From an uncultured Chloroflexia bacterium (GTDB lineage: Bacteria; Chloroflexota; Limnocylindria; Limnocylindrales; CSP1-4): 64,000 nucleotides of DNA. Below are positions 39,253-49,284 of the stretch, piece by piece. The DNA is taken from NCBI GenBank assembly GCA_963768655.1, contig CAVYIM010000004.1, forward strand, positions 96,001 to 160,000, given 5' to 3'. The notes under the pieces were generated by a model. It saw nothing but the letters and a program-made list of their open reading frames with translations, ran no database searches and was not told where the DNA came from. How positions within the stretch are numbered: position 1 is the stretch's first letter; each line of letters opens with the position of its first letter. A program made the translations under genes and the position numbers.

Positions 39253-41614
39253 GTCGGTCATCGGAACAACCGCCCCCACCTCCGCTTCTGCCCCGGTCGC
39301 GCCCACCGTCGCGCCGGTGGCCGAGATCCAGCTCCCGATCGAGGGCATTAGCTGCGCCTCGTGCGTCAACCGGATCGAGCGCTACCTGCGCAAGACGCCT
39401 GGCATCGCCGAGGCCAACGTCAATCTCGCGACCGAAGTCGCGACGGTGCGCTACCTGCCGGAGATCGCCGGGCTCGACGAGATATCACGGGCCATCGAAG
39501 CGGCCGGGTACGAGATTCGACACCTGCCCGAACCGGCGGCCGGCGGTGCCCGTGCGAGCCTGCTTGACGAGGCGGACGCAGAGGCGGCGGTTCGAGCGCG
39601 CGAGCAGCGAACGCTGGGCCTGACCGCGGCCGCGTCGCTCGTCGTGGCGGCGCTGACGATGCTGGTCATGTACCTGCCCAACGCGCCCTGGACGATGGAA
39701 CAGGCCGCGTGGCTGCTCATCGGCCCCGCCACGGCCGTCCAGTTCCTGGCCGGCCGCCGCTTCTACCGTGCGGCCCTGCGGGCGGCCCGTCACGGAACGA
39801 CGAGCATGGACACGCTCGTCGTCGTCGGCACCAGCGCGGCGTGGGCGTTCAGCGTGCTGGTGACAGTGGCTCCCGGCGTGCTCCGCTCCGCCGGCATCGA
39901 GCCGCAGACCTACTTCGACAGCTCGACCGCCATCATCGGGCTCATCCTGACGGGCCGCTGGCTGGAGGCCCGGGCGAAAGGCCAGACGCTCGGCGCGGTC
40001 AAGGCGCTGATCGGGCTTCAGGCCCGCTCGGCTCGAATCGTTCGGAGCGGCGCCGAGTTGGACGTGCCGCTCGAGGACGTGCGCGTCGGAGATCTCGTGC
40101 GCGTGCGCCCGGGCGAACGCGTGCCCGTCGACGGCCGCGTCGTGGACGGCGCCTCCGCGGTCGACGAGTCGATGCTCACCGGCGAGCCGATCCCGGCCGA
40201 GAAGGTGTCCGGCTCCGAGGTGATCGGCGGGACCATGAACGGCCGCGGGACCTTCCTGTTCCGGGCCACGCGGGTCGGCCGCGACACCGCCCTGGCGCAG
40301 ATCGTGGACCTCGTTCGCCGGGCCCAGGGGTCCAAGGCGCACATCCAGGGGCTGGCCGATCGGATCGCGGCCGTGTTCGTGCCCTTCGTGCTGGCCGTGG
40401 GCGCAGCCACCTTCGGGCTGTGGTTCGTTCTTGGCCCCGAGCCCCGTCCCACGCACGCCCTGGTGGCGTTCATCACGGTCGTCGTGATCGCCTGCCCGTG
40501 CGCCATGGGGCTGGCCACGCCGACGGCGATCATGGTCGGGACCGGCAACGGCGCCGAGGCCGGCATCCTGATTCGGGGCGGCGAGGCGCTCGAGCTGGCG
40601 GCCCGGATCGACGCGGTCGTCTTCGACAAGACGGGCACACTGACGCGCGGCCGGCCTTCGCTCGACTCGGTCGTGGTCGCGCCGGGCTTCGGCGCCGACG
40701 AGGTCCTGGATCTTGCGGCATCGCTGGAGCGGGGGAGCGAGCATCCGCTGGCGGCGGCCATCCTCGCGGCCGCCGGCTCGCGCGACCTCGGCCGGCGCCC
40801 CGTCGAGGACTTCGAGGCGGTCGCCGGGCGCGGGGTGCGTGGCCTGGTGGATGGTCGCCTGGTGCTCGTCGGCACGGCGGCGTTCCTCGCGGCCGAAGGG
40901 GTCGAACTCGGCGAGCTCGGCGGGCTCGCATCGGCGGCCGACCTGCCCGCGGCCGTTTCGTACGTGGCGGTTGACGGTCGAGCAGCCGGCCTGCTGCCCA
41001 CCATCGACGAGATCAAGCTCGAGGCAGAACCGGCCGTGCGCGAGCTCCAGGCTTTCGGGATCGAGGTCTGGCTCGTCACCGGCGACCAGGCTCTTACCGC
41101 CCGAGCCGTCGCGGCTGCCGTCGGCATCCCGGACGAGCGCGTCATGGCCGAGATCCTGCCGGCCGGAAAGGCGGCCGCCGTGGCTTCGCTGCAGGCCCGT
41201 GGGTTGCGAGTTGCCATGGTCGGCGACGGCATCAACGACGCCCCGGCGCTCGCCCAGGCGGACGTCGGGATCGCCATCGGCACCGGGGCGGACGTGGCCC
41301 TGGAGGCGTCCGACATAACGCTCGTCGGCGGCGATCCGCGGAGCGTGGCGGCGGCGATCCGGCTCTCCCGCCAGACGCTGCGGGTGATCCGCCAGAACCT
41401 GGCCTGGGCGTTCGGCTACAACGTCGTCCTCATCCCCGTGGCCATGGGCGCGCTCTACCCCTTCGCCGGCATCACCCTCGACCCGGCGCTGGCAGCCGGA
41501 GCGATGGCCCTCTCATCGGTCAGCGTGGTGACGAACTCGCTTCGGCTGCGGCGCTCGACGAAGGGCCGGAGCCGCCGGGCCAGGCCGGACGGCGTCGCGG
41601 TGACCGTGCTCTAG
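39251..41614 (+). CDS. copA: Copper-translocating P1B-type ATPase
   Basis: HMA domain with CASC, TGE, CPC, DKTGT, SEHP, GDGIND, YN and MALSS. Confidence 0.95.
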   Translation: MSVIGTTAPTSASAPVAPTVAPVAEIQLPIEGISCASCVNRIERYLRKTPGIAEANVNLATEVATVRYLPEIAGLDEISRAIEAAGYEIRHLPEPAAGGARASLLDEADAEAAVRAREQRTLGLTAAASLVVAALTMLVMYLPNAPWTMEQAAWLLIGPATAVQFLAGRRFYRAALRAARHGTTSMDTLVVVGTSAAWAFSVLVTVAPGVLRSAGIEPQTYFDSSTAIIGLILTGRWLEARAKGQTLGAVKALIGLQARSARIVRSGAELDVPLEDVRVGDLVRVRPGERVPVDGRVVDGASAVDESMLTGEPIPAEKVSGSEVIGGTMNGRGTFLFRATRVGRDTALAQIVDLVRRAQGSKAHIQGLADRIAAVFVPFVLAVGAATFGLWFVLGPEPRPTHALVAFITVVVIACPCAMGLATPTAIMVGTGNGAEAGILIRGGEALELAARIDAVVFDKTGTLTRGRPSLDSVVVAPGFGADEVLDLAASLERGSEHPLAAAILAAAGSRDLGRRPVEDFEAVAGRGVRGLVDGRLVLVGTAAFLAAEGVELGELGGLASAADLPAAVSYVAVDGRAAGLLPTIDEIKLEAEPAVRELQAFGIEVWLVTGDQALTARAVAAAVGIPDERVMAEILPAGKAAAVASLQARGLRVAMVGDGINDAPALAQADVGIAIGTGADVALEASDITLVGGDPRSVAAAIRLSRQTLRVIRQNLAWAFGYNVVLIPVAMGALYPFAGITLDPALAAGAMALSSVSVVTNSLRLRRSTKGRSRRARPDGVAVTVL

Positions 41615-42120
41615 CCGACGTACGGGCCGATCAGCGCCAGGGCGAGGGCCACGACCGCTCCCGCCAGCACGGCTCGCAGCCCGGAGGAGTGGCCGAAGCC
41701 GAGCTCGGATGCGACGGGCCCGACCATGATCGCCGTCACCGCGACCGGGATGGCGAGGACTGCCGCGACGACGCCGAGAGGCAGGCTGCGCGAAAGCATG
41801 TGGACGACGATCTGCTGGCGCGAGACGAACGAGACGGCCATCAGCAGGTCGGCGGCAACCAGGAATCCGGCGACGGCGCCGAGGATGGCCTCCGTCCTGG
41901 TCGCGGCGAGGAAGACCGGCACGCCGACCGCCAGGACCCCCAGGGAGAGCAACGCGGGAACGAGGATCAGAGAGCCGTCGATTCCCTGCGGCAACGCAAC
42001 GCGTGGCTCAGGCCGCCCGAGTCGAAAGGCGAGCAGAGTCCCGCCCGACAGAAGCGCCCCAATGGCGCCGGCCTCGAATCCGCGGCGTAGCCAGGGCGGG
42101 AGAAATCGGCGGCGCTCCAC
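41611..42120 (-). CDS. Hypothetical membrane protein
   Basis: 169-aa ORF with about five hydrophobic segments that fills the gap between copA and fabF. Confidence 0.65.
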   Translation of the reverse strand: MERRRFLPPWLRRGFEAGAIGALLSGGTLLAFRLGRPEPRVALPQGIDGSLILVPALLSLGVLAVGVPVFLAATRTEAILGAVAGFLVAADLLMAVSFVSRQQIVVHMLSRSLPLGVVAAVLAIPVAVTAIMVGPVASELGFGHSSGLRAVLAGAVVALALALIGPYVG

Positions 42121-42305
42121 GCGGCCATCCTACACGGTCCGGCTCGCCGGTCAGCCGACGCGACCCGGCGTTGGCTCCTCCGCTTCTTGCTCACGCACGT
42201 TCAGGTGCGCTCGCTGCGGTGCGCGGCCCGCCCAGGACTGCGTCCGGCGGCCCGGCGCCGGGACCCCTCCGGGCTCCGCCGGGCCGGCCGGCGCCGAGTG
42301 CGTCC

Positions 42306-43577
42306 TCAGATGTGGAAGCGGCGGAAGACCGCGACCGCGTTCTGGCCGCCGAACCCGAAGCCGTTGATGATGGCCGTGTCGACCTTCTTGACCCGCTTCA
42401 CGTTCGGCACGTAGTCCAGGTCGCACTCCGGGTCCGGGTTCTCCTGGTTGATCGTCGGCGGGATCACGCCCTCGCGAATGGCGCCTATGGCCGCGAGCCC
42501 GCTCACGGCTCCGGCCGCTCCGAGGAGGTGGCCGACCATCGACTTCGGCGAGCTGATCGCGACCCTGTAGGCATGGTCGCCGAAGGCCGACTTGATCGCG
42601 CGCGTCTCGGTCGCATCGTTGAGCGGCGTTGAGGTTCCATGGGCGACGATGTAGTCGACTTCATCGGGCGCGACGTCCGAGCGGCGGAGGGCCTTGGTCA
42701 TCGCGGTGGAGGCGCCGCGGCCGGTCGGCTCGGGGGCGCTGATGTGGAAGGCGTCCGCCGTCAGCGCTCCGCCCATTACCTCGCACTGGATCTTGGCCCC
42801 GCGGGCCAGGGCATGCTCGGCCGACTCGAGAACCACGACCGCCGCGCCCTCCCCGAAGACGAAGCCGTCGCGATCCTTGTCGAACGGCCGGGAGGCGCGG
42901 GTCGGGTCGTCGTTCCGGCGCGACAGCGCGCCCATGTTGCCGAGGGCCGCGAAGGCGATCGGCACCAGGTTCCCCTCCGCGCCGCCGACGATGGCGACGT
43001 CGACTTCGCCGGCCTCGATCAGGCGCTGGCCGTCGATGAAGGCGATGACGCTGCTGGCGCAGGCCGCCACCTGGGTCATGACCGGGCCGGTTATGCCGTA
43101 CTTGATCGAGACCTGGCAGGCGGCCATCGAGCCCGAGAGAGCCGGGATGGCAAACGGCGAAACCTGGCCGTTGCCCTTCTCGGCGAGGACCTTGGTGCCC
43201 TCGATCACCTGCTCGACGCCGCCGCCGCCGGTGTTCACGATGACGGCGACGCGATCGCGCTCCTCCTGGGTGTAGGTCGAGAAATCGATCCCGGCGTCCT
43301 CGACGGCCTCGGTGGCGGCGCCCATGGCGAAGTGGACGAAGCGGCTCATGCGGCGGGCCATCTTGCGGTCCATCGCGGCCGCGGGGTCGAAGCCCTTGAC
43401 CTCTGCCGCGATGCGCACGTCAAGCCCCGAGGGATCCCAGCAACTGATCGTGTCAACACCCGAGGTGCCGGCGATTAGGTTCTCCCAGTAGGAGCGGGCG
43501 GTGATGCCGATCGGCGTGACGGCCCCGAGACCGGTTACGACGGCGCGGCGAGAGAGATCCTTGTTGGGCACGACCAT
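42306..43577 (-). CDS. fabF: 3-oxoacyl-ACP synthase II (copy 1)
   Basis: VVTGLG, AACASS, RPFD, AHGTST, KSMVGHLLGAAG and GFGFGGQN. Confidence 0.93.
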   Translation of the reverse strand: MVVPNKDLSRRAVVTGLGAVTPIGITARSYWENLIAGTSGVDTISCWDPSGLDVRIAAEVKGFDPAAAMDRKMARRMSRFVHFAMGAATEAVEDAGIDFSTYTQEERDRVAVIVNTGGGGVEQVIEGTKVLAEKGNGQVSPFAIPALSGSMAACQVSIKYGITGPVMTQVAACASSVIAFIDGQRLIEAGEVDVAIVGGAEGNLVPIAFAALGNMGALSRRNDDPTRASRPFDKDRDGFVFGEGAAVVVLESAEHALARGAKIQCEVMGGALTADAFHISAPEPTGRGASTAMTKALRRSDVAPDEVDYIVAHGTSTPLNDATETRAIKSAFGDHAYRVAISSPKSMVGHLLGAAGAVSGLAAIGAIREGVIPPTINQENPDPECDLDYVPNVKRVKKVDTAIINGFGFGGQNAVAVFRRFHI

Positions 43578-43759
43578 CTCCTACGAAGTGACAGCTGGCG
43601 GGGCGGCTGCCGAAGCTCGTGCGCTGCGGCTCGTCGACCCCACGGATGGGCTCGGGTGCCCTTCGGCGGGACGGCGTCCGGGCGGTCGCGGGCTGGATTG
43701 CCGCGCGACCTGCTGGAGGGATTGTACCGGCTGGGGGAGGGCAGAGGGCGGCGGAAGCC

Positions 43760-44362
43760 CTAGTCGGGCCGGCGCATCAGGTCGATGACCCGGCGCAGAA
43801 AGAGGCGGACGGCCTCCCGCTCGTTCTCGGCGAGCGGCTCCAGGGCGCGCTGGACGGCCTCGCCACGCCAGGCGTAGGCGCGCTCGACCTCCTCGAGGGC
43901 GGCGTCGTCGAGTCGAACCCGGACGACGCGGCGATCGGATGGGTCGTGGTCTCGAACGATGTAGTGAGCCGCCTCGAGCTCATCCACCACCCGGCTGGCC
44001 CAGCCGTACGAGATGCCGAGGCCGGAGGCAAGCTGACCGACGGTCCGCTCGCCGTGCTGATAGACGTGGATGGCCGCTCGAACGGCGTGGGCCGATATCG
44101 GCGGCCGGGCGGCGTTCTCTTCGGAAGTCGAAGCCGACGCCGACGCCGACGCCGAAATCGAAATCGAAGTCGAAGCCGAGGCCGAAGCGGACCCCGGCGC
44201 ATCAGCCCGGGCGCCTTCGCCGCCGGCCGTCTCGGCGCCTTGACGCCGCGTCGCGTAGGACGCATGAAGGAACTCGACCAGGAGCTTGCTGGTCTCGAGA
44301 GCCTCGTCCGATATCTGGTGCTTCGTCAGCCGGCGGTCCGTCGTCGCAGCTCTTGTCAACAC
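43760..44362 (-). CDS. MarR-family regulator with a Ser/Ala low-complexity insert
   Basis: TVGQLASGLGISYGWASRVVDELE...DPSDRRVVRVRL; divergent from the MFS gene. Confidence 0.85.
   Translation of the reverse strand: MLTRAATTDRRLTKHQISDEALETSKLLVEFLHASYATRRQGAETAGGEGARADAPGSASASASTSISISASASASASTSEENAARPPISAHAVRAAIHVYQHGERTVGQLASGLGISYGWASRVVDELEAAHYIVRDHDPSDRRVVRVRLDDAALEEVERAYAWRGEAVQRALEPLAENEREAVRLFLRRVIDLMRRPD
44121..44190. repeat. Degenerate 6-bp microsatellite inside marR
   Basis: CGAAGC/CGACGC/CGAAAT units encode SASASASTSISISASASASAST. Confidence 0.7.
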
Positions 44363-44417
44363 CGGCAGACTATACCATAATCAACTTACTAATTATTGCC
44401 TCAGACAAGGACTTTAC

Positions 44418-46175
44418 GTGACCGTGAACCCGATATCCACTACCGATCCGCGCCGGCGCTGGCTCGGCCTGGCCATGCTCAGCGTGGGCGTCGCCATGAT
44501 CATCGTCGACGCGACGATCGTGAACGTCGCTGTTCCATCCATCGCGCGGGACCTTGCGCTATCCGGCACCGGAACCCAGTGGGTCAACACGATCTACGCC
44601 CTCGTCTTTGCCGCCTTCCTGGTGACGCTGGGCCGAATCGGGGACCGGATGGGACGGCGACGGACGTACGTCGCGGGCTTGATCCTGTTTCTGTTCGCCT
44701 CGGCGCTCGCCGGATTCGCCCAGTCTGGCGAGGAGCTCATCGGGGCGCGCTTCCTGCAGGGGCTTGGCGGCGCCGCGATTCTGCCGGCTACGCAGTCCAT
44801 CCTGAACAGCAACTTCCGCGGCCGCGATCGGGCCATAGCCTTCGGCATCTGGGGCTCCGTGATCGGCGGAATGGCTGCTCTCGGGCCCCTCATCGGCGGG
44901 TGGCTGACGACGTACCTGTCCTGGCGATGGGCCTTCTACGTCAACATCCCGTGGGGCCTGCTGGCCATCTTCGGCACGCTGGCCTGGATCGACGAGTCCC
45001 GCGACGAGAATGCCAGGGCCGGCTTCGACCCGTTCGGCTTCCTGTTCATCACCGTTGGCCTGTCGTCTTTCGTCTTCGCCCTGATCGAGGGCTACACCTA
45101 CGGCTGGACGTCGCCTTCGCAGCCGTTCGAGGTCCTTGGCTGGCGCTGGCCTCTCGATTCGATCTCGATCATCCCGTTCGCCTTCGCCCTCGGGCTCGTG
45201 TGCCTGGTGGGCTTCACGGTCGTGGAGATACGGCGTGAGCGCGCCGGTAAGTTCTTCCTCTTCGACTTCGCGCTGTGGCGCTATCCGGCGTTCCGATTCG
45301 GCAACCTGGCCGGGACGATCGTCTCTCTGGGAGAGTTCGGCCTGCTGTTCGTGCTGCCGCTCTTCCTGCAGGCGGTCCTCGGGATGTCCGCGTTCGAGGT
45401 CGGGCTGCTGCTCCTGGCGCTGGCGGTCGGAGCGTTCTTCGCCGCGCCGGTCGCCGCGGGGTTGGCCCGCCGCTACGGCGCACGCCGCGTGGTGACGCTG
45501 GGCATGGGCCTGGAGGCGGTCGGCATCTTCGCCACGGCGACCCTCATCTCTCGCGATCTCAACGTCCTGCTTCTCGTTCCGCCGCTATTCGTGTACGGGC
45601 TGGGCGTTGGTTTCGCCACGGCGCAACTGACGAGCGTGGTTCTGTCGGACATCCCGGCGGAAGTCTCCGGCCTGGCTTCGGGGACGAACTCGATGATGCG
45701 CCAGATCGGCTCCGCGCTCGGCATCGCCGTCCTGGGCTCGGTGCTTTTCGTGTCGCTGGGCGTGGGCACCGCGGATCGGCTGGCTCAAGTCCCGGGCATG
45801 CCGCCGGTCGCCCAGGTCGCCGTCCGCCAGGCGATCGAGCAATCGGCCGGCCAGGCTCTCATTGGCTTCCGGACCGGGCAAGTCGACCCGGCCGTCGCCT
45901 CACAGCTGGGCGGCGGGATCGACCCCCACCAGCTCGCGGGCTTCGGTAAGCAGGTTGCGCCCCCGATCGAGGATGCCTTTGTGCAGGCCGCTCATCTGGC
46001 GGGCTACGCAGCCACGGGCTTCGTCCTGCTGGGCCTGCTGTTCTCCCTGTTGCTGCCCAGGACGAAGCCGCAGACGTCAGTCGAAGAGGAGGCGGCCGCC
46101 GGGTCGGAGAGGAGCGCGAGAAGGGCGGCATCCGCGGCCGCGGTGACGGCGAGTGAAGGAGCGGCCGGCACCTAG
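44418..46175 (+). CDS. MFS efflux transporter, DHA2/EmrB type
   Basis: DATIVNVAVPSI, GRIGDRMGRR, RFLQG, GPLIGG, WRWAFYVNIP and RQIGSALG. Confidence 0.92.
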   Translation: MTVNPISTTDPRRRWLGLAMLSVGVAMIIVDATIVNVAVPSIARDLALSGTGTQWVNTIYALVFAAFLVTLGRIGDRMGRRRTYVAGLILFLFASALAGFAQSGEELIGARFLQGLGGAAILPATQSILNSNFRGRDRAIAFGIWGSVIGGMAALGPLIGGWLTTYLSWRWAFYVNIPWGLLAIFGTLAWIDESRDENARAGFDPFGFLFITVGLSSFVFALIEGYTYGWTSPSQPFEVLGWRWPLDSISIIPFAFALGLVCLVGFTVVEIRRERAGKFFLFDFALWRYPAFRFGNLAGTIVSLGEFGLLFVLPLFLQAVLGMSAFEVGLLLLALAVGAFFAAPVAAGLARRYGARRVVTLGMGLEAVGIFATATLISRDLNVLLLVPPLFVYGLGVGFATAQLTSVVLSDIPAEVSGLASGTNSMMRQIGSALGIAVLGSVLFVSLGVGTADRLAQVPGMPPVAQVAVRQAIEQSAGQALIGFRTGQVDPAVASQLGGGIDPHQLAGFGKQVAPPIEDAFVQAAHLAGYAATGFVLLGLLFSLLLPRTKPQTSVEEEAAAGSERSARRAASAAAVTASEGAAGT

Positions 46176-46301
46176 CCTGGCGCTTGGCAACTACTCGATC
46201 GGTTCCGAGCCCGACCGGACGGGCCAGCGTGCGGGCCAGGTGTCAGCCATCTCGAGAGCGGAACGCCGGGCGGCGCGGGCGCCATCCGCGAAACGACCGG
46301 T

Positions 46302-46391
46302 TCGAAGCCGCCCGAAGCCGCCGAGGCCGCCGAGGCCGCCCGAACCGTCCGAAGCCACCGAAGCCGCCCGAAGCCGCCCGAAGCCGCCCGG
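46302..46391. repeat. Tandem array of about nine 9-10 bp units (CGAAGCCGCC and variants)
   Basis: Directly visible in the convergent intergenic region, with no spacers between units. Confidence 0.8.
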
Positions 46392-46763
46392 TTTGCGTCA
46401 TCTACGCCTGGCAGGAGTGCTGGCCGCGAACTCTGTGCCCGGCGCCCCGATATAGGGCCCCTACGAGGGCTTCTTCATCCGCGGCTGAGCGTGGATCGCG
46501 CTCCTCGAGGGCCGTCTCGCTCGATCGGGAGCGCTGCGTCCGCGGACAACACGCCTGGTGGGCGTATCTGCCAGAAACCCGCGCTGGCCCGCCAAACCCG
46601 CGCCGCCCGGCCCAGCTCGCCCGGCCGGCCTGGCCGGCATGGCCCGCCCGGCCCAGCCCGCGCGGTCTCCAGCCCATCCACGGTCGAAGACCGCCCCGCG
46701 TCCGTCGGGGCGCGTCGTGACACCGAATGGCCCGCCAGGCATGCGGGGCCGAGTGAGGCTGGC

Positions 46764-48026
46764 TCAGTTGCCCGTGTAGCGCTCGAAGATGACCGCCGCG
46801 TTGTGGCCGCCCAGGCCGATGTTGTTCGAGAGCGCGTAGCGGAGCGGTTTCTCGACCGTCTCGGTGGCGACATTGACGTTGCATTTCGGGTCGGGCTCGC
46901 GGTAGTTGAGCGTGCCCGGAATGGCCTGGTGGTAGAGCGAGAGAACCGTCGCTATGCCCTCGAAGGCTCCGGCGGCCCCCATCATGTGGCCCGTCATCGA
47001 CTTGGTGGCGGAGATCAGGACGTTCGGCGTGTGGCTGCCAAACGCCGCCCAGACAGCCTCGCTCTCGCACTTGTCGCCGACTGGCGTGGAGGTGCCGTGC
47101 GGGTTGATCATGCCGACCTCGTCGGCCGGCACTCCGCGTCGCTCGAGGGCCATCTTCATCGCCCGCGCCGAGCCCTCGCCGCCGTTGGCGGGGGCGATCA
47201 TGTCGAAGCCGTCGGCCGCCGAGCCGTAACCCACGACCTCGGCATAGATGCGCGCGCCGCGCGCCTTGGCCAGATCGAGGTCCTCGAGGATCAGCGCGCC
47301 GGCGCCCTCACCGAGGACGAAGCCATCGCGGGTGCGATCGAATGGCCGGCAGACGGTCCCGATCGGCTGGCCCGGCAGCGGGGTCCCCATGCCGCGCATG
47401 TTGGTGAATCCGATGTGCACCAGCTCCAGGAGCGGCGATTCGGCCGCACCGGCGATCACGGCCGTGCAGTCGCCCCGGCGGATCGCCTCGGCGGCCTCGC
47501 CGATGGCCGTCGTACCGGTCGAGCATGCCGAGACGGGGCAGAAGTTGTGGCCCTTCGCGCCGGTCTCGATGGCGATCGTGCCCGAGCTGGCGTCCACCAG
47601 GCCGTTGGCGATGAAGAACGGACTGACCGCTCGAATGCCCCTGGTGTGCCAGATCTCCTGGTTGGTGATGAAGAGGGCCTGGCCGCCGCCGCCCGAGCCG
47701 TAGATGACGCCGATGTCGTAACGATTGTCGTCGTTGATCTCGAGGCCGGCGTCGGCCACGGCCATCCTTGAGGATGCGACCGCGAAATGGACCGTCGTCT
47801 CTGTCCGGCGGGCGTCCTTGAAGTTCCAGTACTTGGTGATGTCGAAGTCGTGCACCTCGCCGCCGGCCTTGTGCTCGTAGGGCGTGGTGTCGAAGTGGGT
47901 GATCTCGCCGATCCCGGAGCGGCCGTTGGCCAGGTTGTCCCAGACTGTGTCCAGATCGTTGCCGATCGGGCTCACGACCCCCATTCCGGTGACGACGACT
48001 CGTCGGTTGTAGTCAGGCTTGCGCAC
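46764..48026 (-). CDS. fabF: 3-oxoacyl-ACP synthase II (copy 2)
   Basis: RRVVVTGMG, SACSTG, RPFD, NPHGTST, KSMTGHMMGAAG and GLGGHN. AGGAGG lies upstream of GTG 48026. Confidence 0.9.
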   Translation of the reverse strand: MRKPDYNRRVVVTGMGVVSPIGNDLDTVWDNLANGRSGIGEITHFDTTPYEHKAGGEVHDFDITKYWNFKDARRTETTVHFAVASSRMAVADAGLEINDDNRYDIGVIYGSGGGGQALFITNQEIWHTRGIRAVSPFFIANGLVDASSGTIAIETGAKGHNFCPVSACSTGTTAIGEAAEAIRRGDCTAVIAGAAESPLLELVHIGFTNMRGMGTPLPGQPIGTVCRPFDRTRDGFVLGEGAGALILEDLDLAKARGARIYAEVVGYGSAADGFDMIAPANGGEGSARAMKMALERRGVPADEVGMINPHGTSTPVGDKCESEAVWAAFGSHTPNVLISATKSMTGHMMGAAGAFEGIATVLSLYHQAIPGTLNYREPDPKCNVNVATETVEKPLRYALSNNIGLGGHNAAVIFERYTGN

Positions 48027-48131
48027 GGGGGTCAGATCCTCCTGGGGCTTCTCGCGCCGCTGCCGCGGCGACGGGGGTAATGGGGTGAGATGCGCCGCTG
48101 CCACGGCGACAGGGGCATGAGGCGGGGTGGT

Positions 48132-49091
48132 TCATGCGTCGAGGAACGGCACGGCGATGCCGCCGGCCGCCGAGGTGTCGTCGGTGGCGAGCGCCGTTGC
48201 GTCGGGCGCGATGCGCTTGACGAGGCCGGTCAGGACCTTGCCGGGTCCGACCTCGACGAAGGTCGTGACGCCGTCGGCGGCCATTCGCTGGACGGCGGCG
48301 ACCCAATCGACGCCACGAGTCAGGTGTTCGATCAACTCCGCCCGAGCGCCGGCGGCCGTCGTGATCGGCCGCGCGTCGGCGTTCGCGAGCAGCGGCGTGG
48401 AGGGCTCGGCGAAGGCGATCGGCGCCAGGACGCGCGTCATCCCCTCGGCCGCTTCCTTCATCAGCGACGAGTGCGCCGCCACGGATACGGGCAGTACGAT
48501 CGCCCTCCGGGCCCCGAGCTCGCGCGCCCCTGCGACCGCCGCCTCGACCGCGGCCCTGTCGCCGGAGATCACGACCTGGCCAGGGGCGTTGCGGTTGGCC
48601 ACGGTCAGACTGCCGAAGGGCTCACCCAGGGCGATCAGCTCCGGAAGGCGCGCGTCGTCCAGGCCGATCAGCGCGGCCATGGCGCCGCTTCGTCCCTGGC
48701 CCGAGGCCTGCATCTGGCGGCCGCGTTCCCTGACCAGCCGAACTGCGTCACCGAGCGAGATGACGCCGGCAGCCACCAGCGCCGAGTACTGGCCCATCGA
48801 ATGGCCGGCGCAGTAAGCGGGAGCCGGGGCGGCGATGCCGGCGGCGGCCCAGCGCTCGCGCAGAGCGAACAGAAACGCGATCGAAGTGGCGACGAGGGCC
48901 GGCTGCGCGTTGACCGTGAGGTCGAGCTGCTCGGCCGGGCCTTCGAACGCCAGCCGGCTGATCGGCTCGCCGAGAGCTTCGTCGGCCTCGGCCATGACGC
49001 CAGCGGCGGCCGGCGACGATTCGACCAGGGTCTTGCCCATCCCCACGAACTGGGACCCCTGCCCCGGAAACACGAACGCTATTCGGTCCAT
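48132..49091 (-). CDS. fabD: Malonyl-CoA:ACP transacylase
   Basis: FVFPGQGSQ, AQPAL, GHSMG, VSVAAHS and EVGPG. Confidence 0.95.
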   Translation of the reverse strand: MDRIAFVFPGQGSQFVGMGKTLVESSPAAAGVMAEADEALGEPISRLAFEGPAEQLDLTVNAQPALVATSIAFLFALRERWAAAGIAAPAPAYCAGHSMGQYSALVAAGVISLGDAVRLVRERGRQMQASGQGRSGAMAALIGLDDARLPELIALGEPFGSLTVANRNAPGQVVISGDRAAVEAAVAGARELGARRAIVLPVSVAAHSSLMKEAAEGMTRVLAPIAFAEPSTPLLANADARPITTAAGARAELIEHLTRGVDWVAAVQRMAADGVTTFVEVGPGKVLTGLVKRIAPDATALATDDTSAAGGIAVPFLDA

Positions 49092-49284
49092 GAGCCTGTG
49101 TCTGATCTCCTCCGGCCGGCGAACGCCATCTGACGGGGGTAGCGCCGCTCCTGCCGAGCTGGTGCCTGATGTGCTGCCGCTGCGAGGGCGGAATTGTGGC
49201 GCCAGAGTACGGCGATGCGAGGGCGTCGTGCGGAAATCGTGTGCACGTTTGCAAGTATCGAGCGTCAGGGCTACCCTGGACCTG

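Noticed and set aside
46302-46391. Possible CRISPR array
   Set aside because: Units are 9-10 bp and abut directly, with no unique spacers and no cas genes in the window.
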